A stretch of DNA of 64,000 bases from Gammaproteobacteria bacterium (lineage in GTDB: Bacteria > Pseudomonadota > Gammaproteobacteria > Eutrophobiales > Eutrophobiaceae). Made by a program: the position numbers and the translations under genes. The stretch lies in contig CBDCTH010000012.1 in the NCBI GenBank assembly GCA_965222155.1, positions 544,001-608,000 of the forward strand, in the 5' to 3' direction. Shown here in pieces: positions 1 to 10,566 of this stretch (positions are counted from its first letter, which is position 1; the number at the start of each line of letters is the position of its first letter). Below the pieces are notes generated by a model. That model saw only the letters and a program-made list of their open reading frames with translations. It ran no database searches and had not been told where the DNA came from.

Positions 1-2298
1 ATGGAGCGTCGATACGTAGTCGGCTTTGCCTGGGTATTCCTCGCGAAAGCGGTAGATATAATGGATGCTGTTGTCCACCGCGATGCCGATAGTGATGGCG
101 GCAATGGTTATCGTCATCAAATCCAGGGGGATATCCAGGATACCCATCAGGCCCAGGATGATACCGGCGGCCAGGATGTTCGGCAGGATGCCGATGAGGG
201 CAAGGGAGAAGGAACGGAACAGGACCAGCAGCATCAGGGCAATACCCAGCATCACGACCCCCAGAGTTTCGATCTGGGAAGTGAACAGGCTTTGCAGCAT
301 GTTATTGTATAACACCATCATGCCGCTGACCTGGAACTCATCCTCGGTCAGACCCAGTTCCGTGCGCAGGTCTGCGTTGATTTTTTCCAGGAACTGCTTG
401 CGGCGCAATTCGGGAAGGGAATCCAGGATGCGTATATTGATGCGGGCTTCGTTGTCCGCAATGGAGATATACGGATCAATCAGTTGTTCCTTGATTTCCT
501 GGGGCATTTTTTTGTTGATGACCGCGAGTTCGAAGGCGTCGAACTCCTCACCCTCATTCAGGTCTTCAGCCAGGCGCAGGACCGAAGCCAGTGACAGTAC
601 CTTGCCTACTTCCGGCAGGCTGTCCAGGTAGTCGTGAACCGCCTTGATGCGGTCGATCTTGTACGCGGTAAACCACGTATCCGCCGGGTGCGCGGGTTCT
701 TCCTCGAAGCCGCCGAACAAATCATCCGGATCGGCAAATTCATCATCCCCTTCCAGCGGCTCTTCTTCCTCCCCGAACTCCTTGACGGGATCGAATTTGA
801 GGACGACGTCCATGGGCGCAGTGCCGCCCAGTTCGTTATCGATCAGTGTCAGACCCTGGTGTATTTCCGTAGTGTCGCTGAAGTAATTGACAAAGCTGTT
901 CTCGACCTTCAGCCGGGATACGCCGTAAAGGCTGAGTGCAGCCAGCAGCAGGGCGACCAGCACCACACTGTTGCCGAATTTTTCGGTAATTTTCGCCAGG
1001 GTCGCGGTAAACGGCACTTCCTGCTTACCGGGGGCGGTGATCTTTTTATCAAGGGATATCAGTATCACCGGGAACAGCAGGAAGGATGTCATGAAAGTAA
1101 CGCTGAGACCCAGGGTCATCATCCAGCCGAAATCGATCACAGGCTTAATATCGCTGACGACCAGTGAGCCGAATCCGATCATGGTGGTCAGCGCGGTATA
1201 CAGGCAGGGCCAGACCATGTGCCGGACGGTATTGGAAACCAGCTCGGTCTGGTTCAGCCCGGCAAAGTCACGGCTGAGTTGCCGGTAACGCACGATCAGG
1301 TGTACGTTCATCGACATGGTGAGAATGAGCATCAGGGAAATGAAATTGGACGATATAACCGTGACCCGCCAGCCGATCAGTCCCAGCAGACCCATCATGA
1401 TGACTACAGCAAATATGCAACTGCACAGAGGTAGCAGGACAAAACGGGGTTGCCTGAAAATGATCGAGAGCATGATCACCAGGAAAGCAAACACGCCGGC
1501 GCCGAACACCAGCAGGTCGTTCTTGATGAACGTGATCATGTCATCTGCGATCATGGGAATGCCGCCCAGGTAGAGAGTCCCCCGGTCCCGGTACCGATCC
1601 ATCACCTCTCGGGTTGCTGCTACGGTTTCGTGATTGAGGCGGATGACCTCCTCCTTGATTTCTTCATACTGTTCCAGGGTATCTGCCAGCTCCATTTGTT
1701 CCGCTTCAGTCAGGCCCTCGTGCTCCTGCTTGAACAGCAGTTCATTTCTCCTCTTCTGCGCATCGGTAAAGATTTCCTTGTTTTTCAGATTGACCTGCAA
1801 CGCCGTTGTCCGGGCATCCTGGCTGATGAGCAGGTCCAGAAATATCGGGCTGGCCAACAGTTCTTCCCGCGCCCGGTCCCGGTCTATGGTCGGGTCCTCC
1901 AGGGTGCGATATTTCCTGGCTACCTCAATCAGTTTCCCGCCGATGATCTTTACCAGCGGGGCATCGACCAACGAGAACACCGATGCAACACCCGGTATCT
2001 GTTTCAAATCCTCACGCAGTTGATGAATCGTTTCCAGCGACGAGACTGAAAACAGGTCCGCGGCGGGAGTGAACGTCACGACCAGAAACTCTTGCGTTTC
2101 GTATCGTTTGTTCACCTGGCGTAGTATGCGCAGGTCCTTGTCGCTTTCCAGGATAAGGGTATCGGTGGAGGCATCCAGTTTGAAATCCCTGGAATGCCAG
2201 GCAAAGAAAGCAAATACGGCCAGGAGCGCCAGCAGCACCAGCCCGGGCCGCCCGAGAATATACCGGTCGTAAATGGCAGTTATTTGATTTACCAACAT
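1..2298 (-). CDS. MMPL/RND-family transporter (partial, runs off window start)
   Basis: Read manually on the minus strand from ATG at 2298: MLVNQITAIYDRYILGRPGLVLLALLAVFAFFAWHSRDFKLDASTDTLILE... The many + strand shadow ORFs are its antisense. Hydrophobic segments and an 'F.LDAS.D.L' start are typical of MMPL proteins. Confidence 0.8.
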   Translation of the reverse strand, partial: MLVNQITAIYDRYILGRPGLVLLALLAVFAFFAWHSRDFKLDASTDTLILESDKDLRILRQVNKRYETQEFLVVTFTPAADLFSVSSLETIHQLREDLKQIPGVASVFSLVDAPLVKIIGGKLIEVARKYRTLEDPTIDRDRAREELLASPIFLDLLISQDARTTALQVNLKNKEIFTDAQKRRNELLFKQEHEGLTEAEQMELADTLEQYEEIKEEVIRLNHETVAATREVMDRYRDRGTLYLGGIPMIADDMITFIKNDLLVFGAGVFAFLVIMLSIIFRQPRFVLLPLCSCIFAVVIMMGLLGLIGWRVTVISSNFISLMLILTMSMNVHLIVRYRQLSRDFAGLNQTELVSNTVRHMVWPCLYTALTTMIGFGSLVVSDIKPVIDFGWMMTLGLSVTFMTSFLLFPVILISLDKKITAPGKQEVPFTATLAKITEKFGNSVVLVALLLAALSLYGVSRLKVENSFVNYFSDTTEIHQGLTLIDNELGGTAPMDVVLKFDPVKEFGEEEEPLEGDDEFADPDDLFGGFEEEPAHPADTWFTAYKIDRIKAVHDYLDSLPEVGKVLSLASVLRLAEDLNEGEEFDAFELAVINKKMPQEIKEQLIDPYISIADNEARINIRILDSLPELRRKQFLEKINADLRTELGLTEDEFQVSGMMVLYNNMLQSLFTSQIETLGVVMLGIALMLLVLFRSFSLALIGILPNILAAGIILGLMGILDIPLDLMTITIAAITIGIAVDNSIHYIYRFREEYPGKADYVSTLH

Positions 2299-2413
2299 AA
2301 TAATAATGTCTGGACAACAGCAGAGTATGCTAATAAATTAATCCGGATATGGCAAAATATATCGTCGCCTTGTGATAAACTTGCCGGAAATTCAGAGCAG
2401 GAGAGGTTAGTAA

Positions 2414-2827
2414 ATGTATAAACTGATATTTCTCATCCTGGCATTCAGCGCGTTTTGCAGTCATGCTCAGGAGAGAACCCCGGCGCCTGACAATGCCGAG
2501 CTGTATTTCATTTCGCCCGCTGACGGCGCGACGTTGTCAAACCCGATTAACGTTCGCTTCGGCCTGAGGAACATGGGAGTCGCGCCGGCCGGTATTCAGT
2601 ACGAGGATTCAGGTCACCACCATCTGCTGGTGGATACGCCCGTGCCGGCCCTTAACCTGCCGATCATCAATGATGAAAACCACCGCCACTTCGGCAAGGG
2701 CCAGACGGAAGTCACCCTGGACCTGTCGCCCGGTGTTCATACCCTGCAGCTCCTGCTGGGTGATTTCGTCCATATCCCCCATGAACCCGCCGTGATCTCG
2801 GGCCGGATAACCATAACCGTCGAGTAG
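2414..2827 (+). CDS. DUF4399-domain exported protein
   Basis: Signal peptide; GHHHLLVD, HFGKGQTE and LSPGVHTLQL motifs; SD-like GAGAGG upstream. Confidence 0.85.
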   Translation: MYKLIFLILAFSAFCSHAQERTPAPDNAELYFISPADGATLSNPINVRFGLRNMGVAPAGIQYEDSGHHHLLVDTPVPALNLPIINDENHRHFGKGQTEVTLDLSPGVHTLQLLLGDFVHIPHEPAVISGRITITVE

Positions 2828-2847
2828 CTTATCCGCAGTCGGAGGTG

Positions 2848-4140
2848 TCAGGAAATTCGTTTTATGCACCTTCTCATGCCGGCAAAAATCGGTTCGGCAA
2901 TATCACCCGGAAAATTCGTGGGGATATTTGCTGCTGCTGCATCGATCACCGAATCCAGCCTGTCCGTGACATCCTCTATGATTTGTTGCATTTGTACCTT
3001 GGGAAAATCGACTTTTGCCGAATGACTGAACCAATGTCGCGGCATGATTTCATGCCACGCATAATGTACATTTTTGCCGCGCAGTGCCATCGCCATTTTC
3101 AAGTCCCTGTATTCAATCTGGCGCCTCTCAGCGAGGGGATATGCCGAGATGACGTCGTAAACAGGGGTCAGTTCAAACCGTCCGCCCTGGCGCAGGAAAA
3201 TACTGAAATTTTTTGCATGGCCGTCAATAGCGCCTAGAAGCCAGAAGATGAAGACAGTTCGCATAAACCGGAACCGGTCGTCTTCCGCTCGAAGTGAAGA
3301 CCTGAGTCGTTCCATAATTTTTGTGATGCCCGGACCGCCTTCATTTTCATATTTCAAGGCAGGCGCAATCCCATTTACCTGACACATGTCTTCTACAGGA
3401 TGGCGGATGATCCAGGATTTGTCTTTGGCGAATTTTCGGTCAAAACGCTCGACCACAAGCGCTTTGATATTTTCAAACTTCACAACACTGGCCGCAGCAA
3501 CAGGCAAGCCAAAGCCTCTTAATATCTCGAGGCATAACCACTCATTTTCAGTGCTGTCCGACAGATCAATACCTGCATGGTCAATTCTCCCAATCGGTAA
3601 TTTCAGTATGTGTGTGGTAGGTGTTGCGCCTACAGGACGTTGCCATTGCCCTTGGTGCATAAGCAACGCCGTTTTTTCCTGGACACCGGCAATGGAGATC
3701 CTGAATTCCCTGTCTTTAAACATGCCTAACGGCAGCGCTTTGTAGTTTCTGAGTTCTTCTGCGATATCTTTTTCATTCAAAGGCACACCTTCAATTTTCT
3801 TCACCTCGGTCTGCGTTGGTCCGCTTGTGAGCTGGATGGCGCCGACGCAGTCCTTACCGATGCATGAGAGCAAATCAAAAGGCTGGTTGGTTTTGGTGCC
3901 GAACCTGGCCTGGATTCGATTTCGGAGGTCCATGCTGTCGGGCAACAAGTTATCGAAGTAGTTGTATACCACGTCGCCCTTATGTCGCTTATCCGTAAGC
4001 GGCAAGGAAAGGGAGAGGGGAAGCGCCCCCCTGAGTTCGAGCCATGAATCGTTGTAAACAAGCTCATGAACACCACCGCGCCGCCAGATATATTCTCCGA
4101 CTTCATGGCCGTTCATGTAAATAAACAGGGACGACGCCAT
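2848..4140 (-). CDS. hipA: HipA family toxin kinase
   Basis: LSLSLP, FDNLLPD, SIAGVQEK, DGHAKNFS and TPVYD motifs. Confidence 0.95.
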   Translation of the reverse strand: MASSLFIYMNGHEVGEYIWRRGGVHELVYNDSWLELRGALPLSLSLPLTDKRHKGDVVYNYFDNLLPDSMDLRNRIQARFGTKTNQPFDLLSCIGKDCVGAIQLTSGPTQTEVKKIEGVPLNEKDIAEELRNYKALPLGMFKDREFRISIAGVQEKTALLMHQGQWQRPVGATPTTHILKLPIGRIDHAGIDLSDSTENEWLCLEILRGFGLPVAAASVVKFENIKALVVERFDRKFAKDKSWIIRHPVEDMCQVNGIAPALKYENEGGPGITKIMERLRSSLRAEDDRFRFMRTVFIFWLLGAIDGHAKNFSIFLRQGGRFELTPVYDVISAYPLAERRQIEYRDLKMAMALRGKNVHYAWHEIMPRHWFSHSAKVDFPKVQMQQIIEDVTDRLDSVIDAAAANIPTNFPGDIAEPIFAGMRRCIKRIS

Positions 4141-4382
4141 TACCAGAGCGCCTCATCATCGAACAGCTTATTCCTGGGTTCCAGATGCATTTCCAGGCCA
4201 AGAGCCGACATGTATTTGAATACCGTGTCCAATCGTACGGCTGTAGCTCCTGCCTCTATCCTGGAAACGGTTTTCTGTGGCAGGTTGAATTTGTTGCCTG
4301 CTTCAACTTGCGTCAATCCCTGGTTTTTCCTGTAATGTCGAAGGACTTTTCCCAGAGTCTCAGGTGAGGTAACAGGTATCAT
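4140..4382 (-). CDS. hipB: HipB-like HTH antitoxin
   Basis: Xre HTH (GLTQVE...QKTVSRIE); stop/start overlap with hipA. Confidence 0.9.
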   Translation of the reverse strand: MIPVTSPETLGKVLRHYRKNQGLTQVEAGNKFNLPQKTVSRIEAGATAVRLDTVFKYMSALGLEMHLEPRNKLFDDEALW

Positions 4383-4419
4383 AATGGTCTCGTTCTTGTG
4401 GATTGATTAATATTCAGAA

Positions 4420-4491
4420 TATAACCGAACTGTCATATTTTATAATTATAACAGTTTAGTTATTAATGTCAAATATAACTGTTCTGTTATA
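4420..4491 (-). promoter_or_regulatory. hipBA promoter with three palindromic operators
   Basis: TATAAC-N6-GT(T/C)AT(A/T) at 4420, 4447 and 4474; minus-strand TTGACA (4472-4467), 16 bp, TATAAT (4450-4445). Confidence 0.75.
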
Positions 4492-4557
4492 GTAAAAAGC
4501 AGGAGATTTATTTTTATTAACAGGGAACAGGTTTCAAATCTGTCCCCATTAGTCGAG

Positions 4558-5154
4558 TCATACCGGCAGTTTAAGCTCGCCGCGGATAATCCGGTCGATT
4601 GTATCCACGTAGAGCTCGTGCTCGACTGCCAGGATTCGTCCGGCCAGGCTGTCTGCGCTATCTCCCGGTTTTACGGGTATCTTTTTTTGTGCCAGGATCG
4701 GACCGTTATCGTATACCCGGTCTACGACGTGGACGGTCACGCCGGTCTCCCGGGCGCCGGCCGCAAGCACGGCTTCATGCACGCGCCGGCCATACATGCC
4801 CTGACCGCCATACTCCGGCAACAGGCCGGGATGGATATTAATGATGCGCCCGGGAAACGTAGCCAGTGTCACCGCACCGATCTTTTTCATATATCCCGCC
4901 AGGATCACCAGGTTGACGTCATGATCGAGCAGTACGTCCACGATTTCCCGATCCAGGTCATCCGGGTCCGGGTGAGTGCGGCTGCTCAGGCAAAACCAGG
5001 GAATGTTTTCATTGCGGGCTCGTTCCAGGGCACCGGAATCCCTGTTATTGCTGATAACCACCACGGGCCTCGACGCCAACCTGCCGGAACGGCAGGCATC
5101 GATCACCGCCTGCATATTGCTGCCATTATGAGATGCAAAAAATCCGAGGTTCAT
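4558..5154 (-). CDS. purN: Phosphoribosylglycinamide formyltransferase
   Basis: ASHNGSNMQA, LAGYM, INIHPGLLP, GVTVH, D.GPI. Confidence 0.95.
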   Translation of the reverse strand: MNLGFFASHNGSNMQAVIDACRSGRLASRPVVVISNNRDSGALERARNENIPWFCLSSRTHPDPDDLDREIVDVLLDHDVNLVILAGYMKKIGAVTLATFPGRIINIHPGLLPEYGGQGMYGRRVHEAVLAAGARETGVTVHVVDRVYDNGPILAQKKIPVKPGDSADSLAGRILAVEHELYVDTIDRIIRGELKLPV

Positions 5155-5184
5155 GTCGTGTTACCGGCTATCTGCACGCATGGT

Positions 5185-6339
5185 TCAGCCCGCCGTGGCA
5201 AACCCCAGGCGGGCGAATTTCTCATGTAACCGGCTTTCCTGACCGGGCAGGACCACCCGCAAATCCGCAAATTCCCGCCTGAATAGATAATCCTCCCTTA
5301 ATGACGTGAAAAAATCGCCCCATTTATCCGGCTCGACTTCTTCAATCTCCCTGAAGGCAGCACAGTCCGTGCGGACGTCATAGCTGGCAAGCACTGCCGC
5401 TTTCACGGACTCGATAGCGCTGCCGAAACCGGACAGGTTAAGCTCCAGGTTTCCGTCGGACAGGGTTACCCCGTCGGCTGCCGTTGTAGGAATGCCGGCC
5501 CATGCGCAGACCTGCTCGTAAACCATGCGCGCCGCGTTCAGTTTCGCCCGGGCGCTGTAGCCGGCGATATGGGGGGTCGCCAGCGCCGCTAGGCTGAGCA
5601 GTCCGGTGTTGAGATGAGGTTCATTATCCCAAACGTCCAGCGCCAGGCGGCTTGCCGGGTTGCGCCTGGCGAAATCGATCAAATCCTGTTCGTTCACGAC
5701 GCCGCCCCTGGCCGTATTGACCAGTATGACATCCGTGCTGAGCCTGGCCAGGAAATCCCGATCGACCATACGCGATGTGGGATAGTCGCCTGCCGTTGTC
5801 AGCGGGACATGCAGGGTAATCACGTCCGACCTCAATACTTCATCCTGTTCCCGGTAAATGAAGCGGTTGTCGTCATCCCGGATAAACGGGTCATAAACCC
5901 GTGTCTCAAGTCCGACGATATTCAGCAGGAATCGAAGCCGCGCTCCCACGTGACCACAACCGATAATGCCCACCGTCTTACCTTCCAGCTCTATGCCGTA
6001 TTGTTCCGACAATACGAACAGGCAGCTCAATACGTATTCGGCAACTGCGTTCGCGTTACAGCCTTTTGCATCAAACAAGGGGAGCGCATGGGCGTGCAGG
6101 TAATCGAGGTCCGCGTGGTCGGTCCCACTCGTTGCGCTGGCAACACATTTTATCCGTGAACCGGCCAGCAACCTCCGGTCAACCTGGGTCACGGACCTGA
6201 CAACCAGGCAGTCTGCGTCCCTGATTGATGCAGGCGTGATATCCCTGTCGTCAAGCAGCGCAACTTCACCCAAAGTTGAAAAAAACCGCTCAACAAAAGG
6301 AATAGCCTTGTCAGCGACGATTTTCATATCAAAGTGCAA
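5185..6339 (-). CDS. pdxB: 4-phosphoerythronate dehydrogenase
   Basis: MKIVAD, LVVRSVT, GCNANAVAEY, GIIGCGHVG, TPHIAGYS; true start probably the M of MKIVAD. Confidence 0.93.
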   Translation of the reverse strand: MHFDMKIVADKAIPFVERFFSTLGEVALLDDRDITPASIRDADCLVVRSVTQVDRRLLAGSRIKCVASATSGTDHADLDYLHAHALPLFDAKGCNANAVAEYVLSCLFVLSEQYGIELEGKTVGIIGCGHVGARLRFLLNIVGLETRVYDPFIRDDDNRFIYREQDEVLRSDVITLHVPLTTAGDYPTSRMVDRDFLARLSTDVILVNTARGGVVNEQDLIDFARRNPASRLALDVWDNEPHLNTGLLSLAALATPHIAGYSARAKLNAARMVYEQVCAWAGIPTTAADGVTLSDGNLELNLSGFGSAIESVKAAVLASYDVRTDCAAFREIEEVEPDKWGDFFTSLREDYLFRREFADLRVVLPGQESRLHEKFARLGFATAG

Positions 6340-6464
6340 CAGGGGACAGATTTATTTTCTTTGTGATCTGCGTATGGGATTGGGTCCCTCAGGGAGAAAA
6401 AATCAGTCCCCTTTTTTATCCCGTTCATCCTGTGCATCCATGTGAAAAATAAATCAGTCCCCTT

Positions 6465-7379
6465 TTATTGCTCTTTCTCAACCGGCATCAAATCCTGTTT
6501 GCTGATGCCCAGCGCCAGGGTGACCGGGCTGGCAACGTAGATGGAAGAATAAGTCCCTATGATGACACCGACAATCAGCGCTGCGGAGAAGGGCCGGATA
6601 ATCTCGCCCCCCATGAAGAACAAGGCAGCCAGTACCAGCAAGGTCGTCAGGGACGTCATCAGGGTGCGGTTCAGGGTCTGGTTCAATGACGCATTGATTA
6701 CCTCCACCGGCGTACCCTTACGCATACGGCGGAAATTTTCCCGAATACGGTCAAAAACAACAATGGTGTCGTTGAGTGAATAGCCGATGACCGCCAGCAG
6801 CGCAGCCAGGACGGTCAAATCAAAATCCAGTTGCAAAACAGAAAAGAAACCGATGGTGATTGTGACGTCATGCACCAGTGCGACGATGGCGCCGACGGAG
6901 AACCGGCGCTGGAAACGAAACGCGATATATATAAAAATCATGATCAGCGCATAGATCATCGCCAGCCCGCCGTCTTCCTGGAGATCTTCACCCACCCGGG
7001 GCCCGACAAACTCCACACGCCGGATCTCGACTGAATGGCCGGATTGTTTCAGGACTTCTATGATATCGTTGCTGATATCAGCGCTGTTCTTGCCCTGGAC
7101 CTCGGCGACCCGGATCAGTATATCCCTGGCGGAGCCGAAATACTGTACGACCGCATCGCTGAACTCAGTGGCGGACAGCACGTTCCTTACCTGATCAAGT
7201 TCAACAGTCTCCTGGTAACTGACTTCCACCAGGGTGCCACCGGTAAAATCGATGCCGAAATTGAGTTTCTGCGTGATAAGGGAGACCAGGGAAACACTGA
7301 TCAGCAGGGTTGAGAATATAACCGCTAATTTGCGTTTACCCATAAAGTCGAAATTGAATCTTTGTATCGGGTTTTCCAT
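6465..7379 (-). CDS. secF: Protein translocase subunit SecF
   Basis: GIDFTGG, VGP.VG, GYSLNDTIVVFDRIREN. Confidence 0.97.
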   Translation of the reverse strand: MENPIQRFNFDFMGKRKLAVIFSTLLISVSLVSLITQKLNFGIDFTGGTLVEVSYQETVELDQVRNVLSATEFSDAVVQYFGSARDILIRVAEVQGKNSADISNDIIEVLKQSGHSVEIRRVEFVGPRVGEDLQEDGGLAMIYALIMIFIYIAFRFQRRFSVGAIVALVHDVTITIGFFSVLQLDFDLTVLAALLAVIGYSLNDTIVVFDRIRENFRRMRKGTPVEVINASLNQTLNRTLMTSLTTLLVLAALFFMGGEIIRPFSAALIVGVIIGTYSSIYVASPVTLALGISKQDLMPVEKEQ

Positions 7380-7401
7380 GGCGCAGTTCAGGAGCGGTTG
7401 A

Positions 7402-9261
7402 TCAGATAACCAGTCGTCGCAGCTTTTTGCCGCCGTATATCAGGTTCACGACGGCGCGGGTTACCATGATGGCTGTAAACATGGAGCAGACTATTCCCAG
7501 GGACAGGGTCACGGCAAACCCCTTGATTGGCCCGGTGCCGAAACTGAACAGGACGATAGCGGCAAATAAGGTCGTAATATTGGCGTCAGCGATGGTCGTA
7601 AATGCTTTTTCATAACCGGCGTGGATACTGGCCTGGGGTGAATTACCGTTCCTGATTTCCTCCCGGATGCGCTGGAAGATAAGCACGTTGGCGTCCACCG
7701 CCATACCCACGGTAAGTACGATCCCGGCGATACCCGGCAGGGTAAGGGTAGCCTGCAACATTGACAGCAAGGCAACGATCAATATCAGGTTCAATGCCAG
7801 GGCCACATCCGCAGCCAGGCCGAAACCCTTGTACCAGACGGCCATGAAAATCAGCACCAGGATAAAACCGACCTGTACCGACATGAAACCTTTCTCGATA
7901 TTATCCTGGCCGAGACTGGGGCCTACGGTGCGCTCTTCAATGATTTCAATGGGCGCCGCCAGGGCGCCGGCCCGAAGCAGCAGGGCCAGGTTGCGGGATT
8001 CCTCGGTGGAATCCAGACCGGTGATTTGAAAGCGTTTTCCCAACTGCTCGCGGATAGTGGCAACATTGATCACTTCTTCGATGGTTTCCTTACGTTTAAC
8101 CATTTCACCGTCTTTTTCGACGGTTTCCGTTTTGTTCTCGATAAACACTACAGCCATGGTCCTGCCCACTTCTTCGGCGGTGGCATCGCTGAAGCGCTTT
8201 GCGCCCTTGCCGTCCAGGGTGATGGAGACGTTGGGACTGCCGGAGGCGGAATCAAACCCGGCCGCGGCATCGATGATATAGTCACCGGTCAGCATGATCT
8301 GTTTCTGCAACAGAACCGGGTTGCCGGTTCGATCGTAATACAGTCGGGAACCTGCCGGCACCCGGCCGTCCAGGGCATCCTGCACGGCATGATCCTCATC
8401 GGTCATGCGGAACTCCAGGGTCGCGGTAGCGCCCAGGATGTCTTTTGCCCTGGCGGGATCCTGTACTCCCGGGAGTTGCACGACCACCCGCTCCAGGCCC
8501 TGCTGCTGGATGACAGGTTCGGCCACACCCAATTCGTTGACCCGTTTACGCAGGGTGGTGATGTTCTGTTGCAGGGCCAGCCGTCGGGTTTCTTTTACGG
8601 CATTCTCGCTTAACCTGACCACCAGGGGAAATTCGCCGCTCTCCGCCTCGGGTTGGTCAAGCTCCAGGTCGGGAAAATTATCCTCTATCTCAGTGATGCC
8701 CTGCCGGCGCTGGTCGGCGCCACGGAATCGGATCAATAAACCACCTTCCCTGAGCCGGGTGATGGTCTTATAGCGAATCCGGTTATCCCGCAGTTGTGTC
8801 CTGATGTCCGAGATGTAACGTTCCTCTGCCTTGGCAACAGCCGCTTCCATGTCCACCTGCATCAGGAAATGCACGCCACCGCGCAGGTCCAGACCCAGGA
8901 ACATGGGCTCGGCGTTGAACGCCCGTAACCAGTCCGGTGTTGCCGGCGCCAGGTTGAGGGCGACGGTATGGGAACGGCCCAACGCTTGCTTCACTATATC
9001 CTGGGCTTTGAGCTGGGTTGCCTCATCCTGAAACCTGACTACAAGGTTATTTTCTGCCAGGCTTATCTCGCCGTATTTTATGCCTGCCTCGTCCAGTGCA
9101 TCTTCCACGGAATACCGGGTCAACTCGCTGATCTCGGCTCCCCGCGCTGCAGAGACTTGCAGGGCCGGGTCCTTGCCGTACAGATTGGGCAAAGCATAGA
9201 GGCAACCGACCGTAATGACGACGATGATTAACAGGTATTTCCAGAGAGGGTAACGGTTCAT
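7402..9261 (-). CDS. secD: Protein translocase subunit SecD
   Basis: MNRYPLWKY, LGLDLRGG, ELGVAEP, VGPSLG, AVDANVLI. Confidence 0.97.
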   Translation of the reverse strand: MNRYPLWKYLLIIVVITVGCLYALPNLYGKDPALQVSAARGAEISELTRYSVEDALDEAGIKYGEISLAENNLVVRFQDEATQLKAQDIVKQALGRSHTVALNLAPATPDWLRAFNAEPMFLGLDLRGGVHFLMQVDMEAAVAKAEERYISDIRTQLRDNRIRYKTITRLREGGLLIRFRGADQRRQGITEIEDNFPDLELDQPEAESGEFPLVVRLSENAVKETRRLALQQNITTLRKRVNELGVAEPVIQQQGLERVVVQLPGVQDPARAKDILGATATLEFRMTDEDHAVQDALDGRVPAGSRLYYDRTGNPVLLQKQIMLTGDYIIDAAAGFDSASGSPNVSITLDGKGAKRFSDATAEEVGRTMAVVFIENKTETVEKDGEMVKRKETIEEVINVATIREQLGKRFQITGLDSTEESRNLALLLRAGALAAPIEIIEERTVGPSLGQDNIEKGFMSVQVGFILVLIFMAVWYKGFGLAADVALALNLILIVALLSMLQATLTLPGIAGIVLTVGMAVDANVLIFQRIREEIRNGNSPQASIHAGYEKAFTTIADANITTLFAAIVLFSFGTGPIKGFAVTLSLGIVCSMFTAIMVTRAVVNLIYGGKKLRRLVI

Positions 9262-9308
9262 AGACAGCTAAAAACTTTCTTTTGATAATGAGTGCGGCAA
9301 GATCCAGG

Positions 9309-9634
9309 TCAGAGTGTTTTCAGCGTTCCCTTGGGCAATAGCGCGGATACGGCCTGTTTCTGTACCTTTACCTCCGTCTCCTTCGCAATTTCCAGCACGA
9401 TGAAATTATCCCCCACCTGGTTGATCTTTCCCAACACGCCGCCGTTGGTCACGACTTCATCCCCTTTCGTCAGACCGCCGACCAGTTGCTTGTGCTCCTT
9501 GGCCTGCTTCATCTGCGGCCGGATTAAAAAGAAATAAAAAATGACAAAGAACAATACCATCATGAACAGGAAGGAGCCGCCCCCCCCTGCCCAGCCCCCT
9601 GAGCCCACGCGTTGTTTATGAAGAAATCAATCAT
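9309..9634 (-). CDS. yajC: Preprotein translocase subunit YajC (frameshifted at a G8 run as given)
   Basis: FYFFLIRPQ..., KGDEVVT.GG; the natural N-terminus MIDFFINNAWAQ starts at 9634 in another frame. Confidence 0.9.
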
Positions 9635-9900
9635 CGATACGGTGCTTATGAAAATGAATTAGGTATTATGCCATAATTGTTACTTTGATGAAGTCCCAGT
9701 ATTTTCCAACATGAAATGAGCCTGAAGGAGGGGGGTGAACCATTTCATTACCAGGTGATGCAATGACAAATCGTCAGGACAGACGATTTACAAAGTACGT
9801 CCTGTACTTTGCCCCGTTGGGGCCAGTCTCGCGCGGCTCGACTGTTCAACAGCTCCAGGCAAATTTGTGCACGGCACAGGTCGTCCGAAGGGTTGCGCCC

Positions 9901-10057
9901 AGAGCCTGCCCCCCTGCTTACAACCGCAGGGGCAGGCTCTGTATGGAGTTGAGCAGGGGGATGGGCGCAATGAGTGCGCAGGATTTTTGATGTGCGCCCG
10001 CCATGGCGCACACCCCCTACGCGTGACTCTCCGGGGACGGATTTCAAATCCGTCCCC
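9901..10057. repeat. Cluster of REP-like hairpins
   Basis: AGAGCCTGCCCCCTGC...GCAGGGGCAGGCTCT (similar copy near 52746); a GTAG-ended hairpin; palindrome GGGGACGGATTTCAAATCCGTCCCC. Confidence 0.55.
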
Positions 10058-10128
10058 TTATGGTAGCTTTCTCTTTTGGATTGATGTAGGCTTTACGATG
10101 TGTTACGACAACTGAATAAGGAGAAGTC

Positions 10129-10273
10129 TTGGAGATAACCGGAGTAGTTTGGCTGGTCAAACTAACCGCGGTCGCTTCTTAAGCGTATTCTTCGTCTATA
10201 CAGAGGATAAACAAGCTATCATCGTTTCAGTCCGGGACATGTCATAGAAAGAAAGGAGAAGATATGCCAGCTA
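10129..10273 (+). pseudogene. BrnT-family toxin remnant
   Basis: (L)EITGVVW joined out of frame to GQTNRGRFLSVFFVYTEDKQAIIVSVRDMS*KERRRY, i.e. an internal deletion plus an in-frame stop. Confidence 0.7.
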
Positions 10274-10566
10274 AAACACCCATTTCAAATGCCGACACGT
10301 ACCAGGATATTGGGGCGTTTTGGGATAAACACGATGCTACCGAGTTCGGACAACAAACCAACGCTGAATTTCAGGTGGGTATATCATCGCAACGCAGATA
10401 CTACCCATTAGACCGGGATCTTTCTGTTGAGATTAGGCGAATTGCTGAGCAACAAGGAGTTAGTCAAGAAACACTGCTGAATATCTGGGTTCAAGAAAAA
10501 ATCGATCAAATTCAAATTGCCAACCAAGACCACAGCCTGACAAAAGATTCCAGCGGACGCTCCTGA
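10264..10566 (+). CDS. CopG/BrnA-like antitoxin
   Basis: IGAFWDKHD motif and RHH-like IAEQQGVSQETLLNIWVQEK; overlaps the toxin remnant. Confidence 0.8.
   Translation: MPAKTPISNADTYQDIGAFWDKHDATEFGQQTNAEFQVGISSQRRYYPLDRDLSVEIRRIAEQQGVSQETLLNIWVQEKIDQIQIANQDHSLTKDSSGRS

Noticed and set aside
1-2317. Many + strand ORFs
   Set aside because: Antisense shadows of the minus-strand MMPL transporter, which the ORF track missed because it runs off the window
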